The notes under the pieces: model-generated | The model's database searches: none | What the model saw: the letters and a program-made list of their open reading frames with translations, nothing else | What the model was told of the DNA's origin: nothing | Made by a program: the position numbers and the translations under genes | Assembly: GCA_964622915.1 (NCBI GenBank) | Contig: CAZUSC010000021.1 | Span: forward strand, 1 to 31,524 | DNA: 31,524 nucleotides | Origin: an uncultured Candidatus Saccharibacteria bacterium | Lineage (GTDB): Bacteria; Patescibacteriota; Andersenbacteria; UBA10190 | Direction of reading: 5' to 3' | Shown here: one piece after another, positions 9,699 through 17,674 of the stretch | Layout: each line of letters starts with the position of its first letter | Numbering within the stretch: the stretch's first letter is position 1

Positions 9699-10289
9699 CT
9701 ACTGCATTAACTCCAGCGTCGAAAACATCTGTTCAACTGTCTGTGCGTATCCGCGATTATCTGGATCAGCGGCAAGATAGGAGATCATAAGCACACGGTC
9801 GTTGTCCTGCGGCAGAATGATTATTTTATAGCGTCCTTGTCCCTCCAACGTGTACGTCAGTCCCTGGTACCCATTAATTGATATGGGTGTCACTGGTTGG
9901 GCTATATTCCCATTTTCCGAATCACCCTGCAGCTGTTGCTCCACAAAAGCTTTTAGTGACTCATTGCCCCCTGGATATGCTTGGCTCATGATATTGACTA
10001 TCAGCCCATCGTGCACGGCTGATCCCATGGTTTGAGTGGATCCGTACTGAAAAAAAGACACAAAGGCGCCATCCTGATTAAGTTTGACAGAGGACGGATA
10101 ACTTATGGCAAATTTCATTTGATCGTGGCGAAAAGTTTGCCAGTCAGATGGAACCACTGTGGCGGGCGCGGCTGAAGTATTCTCTGCTGATGGTTTGCCC
10201 TGTCGTAAGTCGCGCTGGCTGGCAGCAACGCCTACCAGCAACAAGGCGATAACCACGCTCCAACCGATTAATACATTTTTATTTACCAT
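9699..10289 (-). CDS. Membrane-anchored/exported protein, PsbP-like fold likely
   Basis: N-terminal hydrophobic anchor and low-complexity linker, then W.TF....KFAISYP ... ISINGYQG ... VLMISY, a pattern typical of PsbP/Mog1-like domains. Confidence 0.55.
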   Translation of the reverse strand: MVNKNVLIGWSVVIALLLVGVAASQRDLRQGKPSAENTSAAPATVVPSDWQTFRHDQMKFAISYPSSVKLNQDGAFVSFFQYGSTQTMGSAVHDGLIVNIMSQAYPGGNESLKAFVEQQLQGDSENGNIAQPVTPISINGYQGLTYTLEGQGRYKIIILPQDNDRVLMISYLAADPDNRGYAQTVEQMFSTLELMQ

Positions 10290-10324
10290 GTCTTAATTGT
10301 ACTCCGCTCAAGTGCGAAGTCGAT

Positions 10325-11683
10325 CTACAGTGCAAACTTTTCATAATGTATTTTTGCTAAAGGTACGCCCAAACTTACCAACGCTGCTCTTAACCTATCC
10401 ATCATCGGTACCGGGCCACATAAATATACCTCGCGTGAGGGCAAATCAGGCACCAGGCGCTTAATGCTTTGAGCGTCTAGCAATCCTTTTTCGCCGGTAT
10501 AGTTAGGCTCATTGCTTAAAATATTAACTATCGGGGCTCCATAGCGGCTGGATAATTCTTCAAGTTCAGTTTTAAAAACAATATCCCGGGCAGTTTTGTT
10601 GGCATAAAGCAAAACAGCATCTTTTTTCTTTTTCAATACCTGCTCCATTAGTGAACGAATAGGAGTAATGCCGATTCCTCCCGCAATAAAAAGTACTTTG
10701 GGCGAAACACTCACTGCCTCCGTGAAAATACCGTAGGGTCCATCAATCAGAACTTTGGTGCCGACCGGCACGTTGCGGACAGTAGCTGTAAAATTCCCGA
10801 CCGCTTTAATAGTTACTCGTAATTCATCACTAGTTGGCACCAACGACAAGGAGAAAGGATGGGCCTGCCACCACATCCCTTTAGTTAGAAATCGCAGAAT
10901 CATGAACTGGCCTGGTTCAATCGCGAACTTATGTAAATTGCGCCCACGAATATAAATAGAAACAGTGTTATGTGTTTCGTTGACTAGGCGACTAATCGTA
11001 AATTGATGCCGGTCAAACAAATACAAGGGCCGCAAAAATCTAAACAGTAAATGATTTGTTAGTACAACCGCATACAGTACGATCCAGTAAGTGTAAAAAA
11101 CGCGGCTGCTTAATAAATCGCTGCCGATGCGAATTTGATGCCAGAATGCCAAAAACACGGCCAAGTAGACTAATAGGTGGACAAAATACCACGATTCGTA
11201 TCGGAGTTTGCCGCGCACAATCACAAGCGATGTCGTTATTACTAAGATAAAGAGCACCCAACCAATAGCGGCAAGCCAGACGTGCTGATAATTCAGGAGA
11301 AAGCTGAAGAATTGCGGGATAAGACCTAGCCCGCTGCGCCAACTGTAGCCCACCGTAAGGAGCAGCGGGTGCAGCGCTAGGAATATCAGACTAAGCTTGC
11401 CATGCCGCCGGTGAATACGCGCTATTTTGTCCAGCCCAAACGACCGCTCCAGCAGGGGAGTACGGCTCATAAAGATGAACTGCAATAGCACAAACCCGGC
11501 CGCGAGGAGGCCAGATAGTCGACCGAGGGCAACCGCCGAACCCGCCGCGCCCTGGCTAAAAAGCGCGCCTGATCCCTGCCACCAATACGCTAATATAAAA
11601 GCCCCATTCCCCGCTAAGAGCCATTTCCAGACGGTTTTACTAATGCGCTTTTTCACTCGATAATCTTGTGGCGCTGCTACCAA
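10325..11683 (-). CDS. NOX/ferric-reductase-like flavocytochrome (di-heme TM domain + FAD- and NAD(P)H-binding domains)
   Basis: His pairs spaced 14 (RIH...LHP) and 13 (FVH...FWH) residues in TM helices; HPFS, IDGPYG, FIAGGIGITP, YLCGP, terminal EKF. Start is TTG 11683 or GTG 11656. Confidence 0.9.
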   Translation of the reverse strand: MVAAPQDYRVKKRISKTVWKWLLAGNGAFILAYWWQGSGALFSQGAAGSAVALGRLSGLLAAGFVLLQFIFMSRTPLLERSFGLDKIARIHRRHGKLSLIFLALHPLLLTVGYSWRSGLGLIPQFFSFLLNYQHVWLAAIGWVLFILVITTSLVIVRGKLRYESWYFVHLLVYLAVFLAFWHQIRIGSDLLSSRVFYTYWIVLYAVVLTNHLLFRFLRPLYLFDRHQFTISRLVNETHNTVSIYIRGRNLHKFAIEPGQFMILRFLTKGMWWQAHPFSLSLVPTSDELRVTIKAVGNFTATVRNVPVGTKVLIDGPYGIFTEAVSVSPKVLFIAGGIGITPIRSLMEQVLKKKKDAVLLYANKTARDIVFKTELEELSSRYGAPIVNILSNEPNYTGEKGLLDAQSIKRLVPDLPSREVYLCGPVPMMDRLRAALVSLGVPLAKIHYEKFAL

Positions 11684-12112
11684 TTATTTCCAGAGCGACA
11701 AGATAACGCCCATGATTAATAGCAGCAGGAGATAATAGCCGTTATTCAAAACCCACAACTTCCAGGATTTGTTTTCCCACAGCACGCTCCCCACGGTCAC
11801 TGGAGCAACGAAACCCAGCCAGCTCCAAAAACCAACCATCAGACCAGCCGGCACGCCGCTCGTTGCCGTATAAGCGCTGGCAAAAACAAGCGAATGGGCT
11901 AGTACGTACGCCATCACGAGGGATCCCACCAAAGCCAGCGCATATAACTTTGCCATCCCTTGCTTCTTGGCAGAATCAAGCTGCTGGCTGCTCAGGCCGA
12001 TCATCGCCATCCACTGTTTGCCAAACAGCGGCCCATACCAAAGATACCCTAAGACCATGCTAGCTATCCCCGCCGCCAGCACAGCCACATAATTAATAGG
12101 AACCTGCACCAT
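11684..12112 (-). CDS. DUF1761-like membrane protein
   Basis: INYVAVLAAGIASMVLGYLWYGPLFGKQWM ... G...GFWSWLGF ... W.LW.LN.GY pattern. Confidence 0.85.
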   Translation of the reverse strand: MVQVPINYVAVLAAGIASMVLGYLWYGPLFGKQWMAMIGLSSQQLDSAKKQGMAKLYALALVGSLVMAYVLAHSLVFASAYTATSGVPAGLMVGFWSWLGFVAPVTVGSVLWENKSWKLWVLNNGYYLLLLLIMGVILSLWK

Positions 12113-12130
12113 ATAATTGATTTAAGTTTA

Positions 12131-12514
12131 TCATTTTTTCTTCTTTGACAGCAACTCCGCTTTAAGAATGGCTTGTTCTTGCGCCAGCTCCTTAATGCGC
12201 CGGTCGTAGCGGGTCACCAACACCGAAAAATGCAACGACAATAAAAACAATCCGCCCATTAATAAAAGAAACAGCGCCGCCGGGGCGTAGGAAATTCCTA
12301 CCAAACGTGCAAACCAACTAAGGACAGCGGCAAAGATAGAAAAAATGACGACGGAAATGCTGATTAAAAACCAGATAATCGAATAACCTTCTTTGAGCCG
12401 GTTGTGACGGATTAAATCAATAATCCCCCAAAAAAGCAGAACGCTGCTGCCAATGGCAATGAGCTGAATACGAACGGGAATTTGGCCGGTAATGATGAAC
12501 GAGACAATATCCAT
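12131..12514 (-). CDS. DUF2304-like membrane protein
   Basis: LIR..RLKEGYSIIW, ARLVGISYAPAALF, IKELAQEQAIL; directly downstream of a GT2, the usual pairing. Confidence 0.85.
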   Translation of the reverse strand: MDIVSFIITGQIPVRIQLIAIGSSVLLFWGIIDLIRHNRLKEGYSIIWFLISISVVIFSIFAAVLSWFARLVGISYAPAALFLLLMGGLFLLSLHFSVLVTRYDRRIKELAQEQAILKAELLSKKKK

Positions 12515-12517
12515 AAA

Positions 12518-13228
12518 TTACCGGGCGCGCCGTTTAAAGCCGCTTAAGACAATGGCAATGGCATTGGAGAAAACAAAATAGGTGCCCTTCATCGGCCGGA
12601 CCGATGAGCGGCCGCCGAGGCGCGGCTTCATGACCACCGATATTTCTTTAATCCGAAAACCATTACGCAAAAAAGCCACAATCGATTCTGGCTCGGGAAA
12701 ATCTGACGGGTAATGACGTGCCGCGAAAGTGAGGGCGGCCCGGTTGTAGGCCCGATAACCAGAAGTAGAATCAAAAATGCGCCGGTTAGTAACCAGCCCA
12801 ATAAGATAGGCAAATAAGCGTATGCCGAAAAGCCTGACCACCGATGAGGTATATCCAATGGGTTTTAGAAAACGGCTGCCGATTACCACGTCGGCTTTGT
12901 CTTGTTCCAGAACTTCCAAGAGACGGGGAATAAATTGCGGATCGTGCTGGCCATCGCCGTCAACTTGCATGGCTATGTCATAACCGTTCCTGCTAGCATA
13001 CTTAAAGCCGGTCTGCATCGCTCCGCCGATGCCCAGGTTGATAGGCAGATTAAGCACTACCACCTTGGCTGCCGCCGCTTGGTGTGCTGTAGAATCATAG
13101 GAAGCATCGTTAACCACTACAATATCGGCGGCTGGACAATGGCGGCGAACTTGCTTGATAACACCGCTTACCGACTCTTCCTCGTTATAAGCTGGGATAA
13201 TAATACAAATTTTGGTGTGCCTCAACAT
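12518..13228 (-). CDS. Glycosyltransferase family 2 (DPM1-like, polyprenol-phosphate type)
   Basis: IIIPAYNEEES, VVVNDASYD, NLGIGGAMQTG, QVDGDGQHDP, VIGSRF, DSTSGYRAY. Confidence 0.93.
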   Translation of the reverse strand: MLRHTKICIIIPAYNEEESVSGVIKQVRRHCPAADIVVVNDASYDSTAHQAAAAKVVVLNLPINLGIGGAMQTGFKYASRNGYDIAMQVDGDGQHDPQFIPRLLEVLEQDKADVVIGSRFLKPIGYTSSVVRLFGIRLFAYLIGLVTNRRIFDSTSGYRAYNRAALTFAARHYPSDFPEPESIVAFLRNGFRIKEISVVMKPRLGGRSSVRPMKGTYFVFSNAIAIVLSGFKRRAR

Positions 13229-13276
13229 AAATTAACTAATCAGCATACACAATCCCGAGCGGGGTACCAAGCCGAC

Positions 13277-14509
13277 CTGCGCCTGTTAGTCGTTTGCCCC
13301 TTATATCCTCCTCACACCGGCGGTCTAGAAAACCATGCTAAGCAATTTAATCTAGCCCTGACCAAGGCGGGCTGCAAGATTCTCACTTGGACTCCTCTTA
13401 TTACTAAGGACACACTCACTTACGAAGAAAGTGGCGGAATAACCATAATCCGCTTTCCCGCCTGGGAAATTATCCCGAATTATCCTATACCAAAATTCTG
13501 GCATCCCCTTTTTTGGAAGCAGTGGCGTCTGGTTAGTAAGTTCCTACAACCCTACGACGAACTCAGGGCAAGCCCTATAACCCTGCCTGACCGGCAAGCA
13601 GGCTACAACCTACAACCCATAGTTATATCCCGCACCCGCTTTTTTATAACATCGCCCATGGCCGGCATACTTGCCCGTTTTAAACATTGCCGGTGGGTAC
13701 ATATCGAGCATGGATCAGATTACGTACAAACTTCTAACATATTAGTATCCGCCGTAGCGCGCTTGTACGATCTCACGTTCGGTCGAGCGATATTCTTGGT
13801 GGCAGATGTTTTAGTGGCAAATTCTAAAGCCTCGGCTGCTTTTATTAGGAAGTTGGCTCCCCACCGACAGGTTCGGGTCATCTACCGCGGCGTCGAAGCA
13901 GACCGTATCGCCGCCATTCCACCCGCCAATCTTTCTACAGCCTACAACCTCCAACCTCCAACCTCGATTATCTACGTCGGCCGCCTAATCGCCGGCAAAG
14001 GCGTGTCAGATTTGATTCGCGCCTTCGCCCGCCTCACTGATAAACGCGTGCGCTTGAGTATCGTTGGCAGCGGACCGAAAAAGAAACAGTTGGAGCGTTT
14101 AGCTCAATCACTGCGCGTTTACGAGCGCATTACTTGGCATGGCGATACCGACTGGCCTTCTGTTATCAGTCTGCTTAAAAGTTCCGACATCGCCGTTAAC
14201 CCCAGCTACACCGAGGGCCTGCCCACCGCCGTCATCGAAGCCGCCTTGTGCCGCCGCGCCATCATTGCCACTGACGTCGGCGGCACCGCCGAAGTTATCA
14301 AACATAATACCAGCGGCCTTTTGATTGCGCCGCACGATATTAATGCCTTAGTAAAGAGCCTGAAGGAATTGATTAACGATAGAGTGCAACGCCAACAGTT
14401 AGGCGCCGCTGCTTACCAACAAGTCCAACATCGTTTTAGCTGGGTGAACGCCGCGGCCGAATATCAACAGCTCTTTGGCACTCTGCTTCAAAATAGCGAG
14501 CGGAAGTAG
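13277..14509 (+). CDS. Glycosyltransferase family 4 (GT-B), start uncertain (CTG at 13277), with internal repeat insertions
   Basis: LRLLVVCPLYPPHTGGLENH N-terminus, YVGRLIAGKG, IVGSGP, NPSYTEGLPTAVIEAA, IATDVGG. The ORF-track start (12902) lies inside the antisense GT2. Confidence 0.85.
   Translation: MRLLVVCPLYPPHTGGLENHAKQFNLALTKAGCKILTWTPLITKDTLTYEESGGITIIRFPAWEIIPNYPIPKFWHPLFWKQWRLVSKFLQPYDELRASPITLPDRQAGYNLQPIVISRTRFFITSPMAGILARFKHCRWVHIEHGSDYVQTSNILVSAVARLYDLTFGRAIFLVADVLVANSKASAAFIRKLAPHRQVRVIYRGVEADRIAAIPPANLSTAYNLQPPTSIIYVGRLIAGKGVSDLIRAFARLTDKRVRLSIVGSGPKKKQLERLAQSLRVYERITWHGDTDWPSVISLLKSSDIAVNPSYTEGLPTAVIEAALCRRAIIATDVGGTAEVIKHNTSGLLIAPHDINALVKSLKELINDRVQRQQLGAAAYQQVQHRFSWVNAAAEYQQLFGTLLQNSERK
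13544..13616 (+). repeat. Intragenic heptamer array (CTACAAC/CTATAAC x4) interrupted by 24-nt and 21-nt palindromic inserts
   Basis: CTACAAC | CCTACGACGAACTCAGGGCAAGCC | CTATAAC | CCTGCCTGACCGGCAAGCAGG | CTACAAC CTACAAC; translates as LQPYDELRASPITLPDRQAGYNLQP. Confidence 0.85.
13935..13962 (+). repeat. Second intragenic heptamer array (CTACAGC CTACAAC CTCCAAC CTCCAAC)
   Basis: Read directly; encodes STAYNLQPPT in the linker between the GT-B domains. Confidence 0.75.
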
Positions 14510-14548
14510 AGTGTGGCTCTTTTTGAGCAGCCAGCCTACTTTAATTAC

Positions 14549-14702
14549 GTGTGCCCCGTTACAAAACTTCACCAAATCTCGCCGGCAGCGCTTTCTCTAG
14601 TGCCAGCCCATAATTACTATGAAATCATTTAATCTCTTTATATTTAAGCAACTACTCGGCTCGCTTAGAGCTGCCGGGTGAAGTTGTTGTAACGGGGTGT
14701 GC
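14549..14702. mobile_element. MITE-like insertion (about 142 bp) with target-site duplication at the asnB start codon
   Basis: Direct repeat GTGTGC at 14549-14554 and 14697-14702 flanks terminal inverted repeats CCCGTTACAA-AACTTCACC (14555-14573) / GGTGAAGTTGTTGTAACGGG (14677-14696), with one bulge. Inner stem CCGGCAGC/GCTGCCGG. Confidence 0.75.
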
Positions 14703-16586
14703 GGCATAGCGGGAAAAATTAACTTGGCCGGTAATCCGGTCAAACAAGCAGATATCGTGCGTATGCGCGATGTCCTCGTTCACCGCGGGCCGGACGACCA
14801 GGGTACTTACTTATCACCAAATAAAGCAGTTGGTTTGGGGCACCGGCGCTTGAGTATTATTGATCTTTCGCCCGCCGGTCACCAGCCCATGTCCTATCAA
14901 GACCGCTATTGGATTGTTTATAACGGGGAACTCTATAACTTTCAGACACTGCGATCCTCTCTGGAAAAGAAAGGCCACCGTTTTCACTCCCACACCGATA
15001 CCGAAGTAATTTTGGCGATGTATGCCGAGTATGGCGCCAAATGCCTTCAACATTTCCGGGGCATGTTTGCCTTTGCTATTTATGACGAGCGCGAAGAAAT
15101 ATTGTTCTGTGCCCGCGACCGCACGGGACAGAAGCCATTCAAATATTTCTTTGACGGAAACGTCTTCCTGTTCGCATCGGAGCTAAAAGCCATTTTGACG
15201 CAGAGTGAATACCATAAAGCACCGGATCAACTAGCCATACATCACTATTTGACTTATCAATATGTGCCGGCTCCTCGGACAGGATTTGAGGGTATAAAAA
15301 AATTAGAGCCAGCCCATTACTTGATACTAGACATTAGAAAAAAGAAAATAGAAATTAGTTGCTATTGGAAGCCCGATTTTATTAATAAAGAGGATCGATC
15401 GGAAAAAGAGTGGAGCCGCCTGATCATTGATCAACTAAGCGAGTCCGTTGCGATGCATATGGTATCAGATGTGCCGCTGGGCGCCTTTTTATCGGGTGGT
15501 ATTGACTCCAGCGCTATTGTGGCATTAATGGCCCGTCATTCGGCGCGGCCGGTTAAGACATTCTCGATTGGCTTTCCCGATCAAGAATATAGTGAGCTAA
15601 AATATGCCCGCCTGGTTGCCAAAAAATTCAAGACAGATCATGAGGAATTTATTGTAAAACCTAATGCCCTCGACATACTACCGCAGCTGGCGGCAATTTT
15701 TGAAGAGCCTTATGCCGATAGTAGCGCTGTCCCCACTTACTATCTAAGTCAACTGACCCACCAGCATGTGACGGTTGCCCTTAATGGAGATGGCGGCGAT
15801 GAAAATTTCGCTGGCTATGCCCGCTACTCATGGCACAAAGCTGCTCTGGCACTAGACCGGTGGGGAATTTCGGGATTACCCATGTGGACAGGGCTGGCGA
15901 GCCTGCTGAAAAAAAATATCACAACAACATTAAATTTGCGTGCCCATCGTTTTTTGGAATCCTTATCCGAGCCGACCATGCGGCGTTACGTTACCTACTT
16001 ATGTTATTTCACCAATGCTATGAAAGAGGAGCTCTACCAACCCGCTTTTGCGGCTAGCGTATTTCACCATGACTCGTATGAAATAATGAATACTTTGAGT
16101 AATCAATGGCGAGCAGATCAAGTTGAGAAATCCCTGACGGCTGATTGTTTGTCCTACTTGCCTGACGATTTGCTTGTGAAGGTGGATATGACATCCATGG
16201 CTTCAGCCTTAGAGGTGCGCTCGCCTTTTCTCGACCGAAAATTCATCGAACTTATTGCACGCATTCCCTTTCCTCTTAAACTCCGAGGATTCAACAGACG
16301 TAAATACATCTTTAAAAAAGCCTGCTCATCTTTATTGCCTCATGAAATTACTGCCCGCAAAAAAATGGGGTTTGTGCTGCCGATTGAAAAATGGTTGCGG
16401 GGCGATATGAAGTCCTACGTATATTCGCTGTTAGTCTCCGACAATACTCTAATCACCCAACACTATTTCAGGCCCGCCGCTGTGAAAAAATTACTGGATG
16501 GGCACGTAAACACTGCGGCTAACCTGGCGCCGCCGATTTGGGCATTACTGCAATTGGAATTATGGATGCGCCATTACTTCCCATGA
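14697..16586 (+). CDS. asnB: Asparagine synthase (glutamine-hydrolysing)-like amidotransferase, glycan-locus type
   Basis: N-terminal (M)CGIAG Ntn nucleophile, HRGPD, GHRRLSIIDL..GHQPM, NGELYN, SDTE-like TDTEV, FLSGGIDSS, NGDGGDE, LEVRSPFLD. Confidence 0.95.
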   Translation: MCGIAGKINLAGNPVKQADIVRMRDVLVHRGPDDQGTYLSPNKAVGLGHRRLSIIDLSPAGHQPMSYQDRYWIVYNGELYNFQTLRSSLEKKGHRFHSHTDTEVILAMYAEYGAKCLQHFRGMFAFAIYDEREEILFCARDRTGQKPFKYFFDGNVFLFASELKAILTQSEYHKAPDQLAIHHYLTYQYVPAPRTGFEGIKKLEPAHYLILDIRKKKIEISCYWKPDFINKEDRSEKEWSRLIIDQLSESVAMHMVSDVPLGAFLSGGIDSSAIVALMARHSARPVKTFSIGFPDQEYSELKYARLVAKKFKTDHEEFIVKPNALDILPQLAAIFEEPYADSSAVPTYYLSQLTHQHVTVALNGDGGDENFAGYARYSWHKAALALDRWGISGLPMWTGLASLLKKNITTTLNLRAHRFLESLSEPTMRRYVTYLCYFTNAMKEELYQPAFAASVFHHDSYEIMNTLSNQWRADQVEKSLTADCLSYLPDDLLVKVDMTSMASALEVRSPFLDRKFIELIARIPFPLKLRGFNRRKYIFKKACSSLLPHEITARKKMGFVLPIEKWLRGDMKSYVYSLLVSDNTLITQHYFRPAAVKKLLDGHVNTAANLAPPIWALLQLELWMRHYFP

Positions 16587-17674
16587 GCAAGAAGGTTCTC
16601 CATCTTATTACAGAGCTGGACTTGGGTGGCACAGAAAAACAACTGGCCATGATTTTGCCCCCCCTACAAGCTTCTTTTGATAATGAAGTACTGTGCTTAA
16701 GTGGGCGAGGACCGGTTGGAAAAATTCTGGCCGACAAGGGAGTCCCAGTGCACTACGCCGGCGCCGCTGCCTGGTACGATCCGCGGGTTATTATTAATAC
16801 CGGCCGGATTATCAGCAAGATGAGGCCTGACATTCTTGTGACTTACCTATTTCATGCCGATATGATCGGCCGGTTTATCGGCCGGTTGCTGGGAGTGCGA
16901 CAGATAATCTGCAGCCAGCGCACTAATCTGATGCGCTACGGCTCGAGTTGGAGCTTGCTGGAAAAGCATAGTCAGCGTTTGGTGGATGCCTACGTGGTGC
17001 AAACTAATGTCATGAAGGGAATTTTAATGTCCGGTCTTAAAATACATCCGCTTCTTCTCAATATCATTCCTAATGCGGTGATTTTACCTCCCCTAAAAGA
17101 TCGCTCCATCCTTAAAGCCAAGCTAAGTTTTGATGACAGCGCGCTCCTTATTACCTGTGTCGCTAACCTCAAGCCGGGCAAAGGCCATCAGATTCTTCTT
17201 AAAGCCTTTGCGCAACTCCATGGGCGATATCCTTCTATTCACTTGCTACTGGTAGGATCGGGTCCGGATAAACCAGCTATTAAAAGACAGCTCGGGCAAA
17301 TGGCCAGTGGATCGGCCGTTCATCTGTTGGGTTATCGGCCGGACATAGCCGATATATTGGGTGCCAGTGATATCTTTGTTCTGCCGACCGAACGGGAGGG
17401 CATGAGTAATGCCATTCTAGAGGCTATGGCAGCCGGGCTGCCTTGTGTGATCACAGACATTCCGGTAAACCGAGAGCTCATCAGCAATAACAAAACTGGT
17501 CTGCTCTCTGATTACGACGATGCGCACGACCTGCAAAGCCAGTTAGAGCGTTTAATTAAAGATGAAGATTTGCGCCGACAGCTGGGCCAGGCTGCTCGTC
17601 AGTATGTTCGGGACCACCATTCATTGCCTTACGTCGTTAGAGGTTGGCGGAATTTACTCAACAAAGAAAAATGA
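16583..17674 (+). CDS. Glycosyltransferase family 4 (GT-B)
   Basis: ATG 16583 overlaps the asnB TGA (ATGA). LDLGGTEKQL, VANLKPGKG, FVLPTEREGMSNAILEAMAAGLP. Confidence 0.92.
   Translation: MSKKVLHLITELDLGGTEKQLAMILPPLQASFDNEVLCLSGRGPVGKILADKGVPVHYAGAAAWYDPRVIINTGRIISKMRPDILVTYLFHADMIGRFIGRLLGVRQIICSQRTNLMRYGSSWSLLEKHSQRLVDAYVVQTNVMKGILMSGLKIHPLLLNIIPNAVILPPLKDRSILKAKLSFDDSALLITCVANLKPGKGHQILLKAFAQLHGRYPSIHLLLVGSGPDKPAIKRQLGQMASGSAVHLLGYRPDIADILGASDIFVLPTEREGMSNAILEAMAAGLPCVITDIPVNRELISNNKTGLLSDYDDAHDLQSQLERLIKDEDLRRQLGQAARQYVRDHHSLPYVVRGWRNLLNKEK

Noticed and set aside
12902-13276. 125-aa N-terminal extension of the GT4 ORF
   Set aside because: Lies almost wholly antisense to the conserved GT2 gene and is not protein-like.
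13544-13616. Mini-CRISPR reading of the repeat-insert-repeat pattern
   Set aside because: Repeats are only 7 nt, the inserts are themselves palindromes, and no cas genes are present. No CRISPR array was found anywhere in the window.
14510-14700. Known riboswitch or T-box upstream of asnB
   Set aside because: No T-box, SAM, lysine, glmS or similar consensus was recognised. Terminal inverted repeats plus a flanking direct repeat explain the structure better.
16583-17674. Recoded TGA (genetic code 25, as in Gracilibacteria/SR1)
   Set aside because: TGA ends genes at ATGA overlaps (16583-16586, 17671-17674) and no conserved gene is interrupted by an in-frame TGA.
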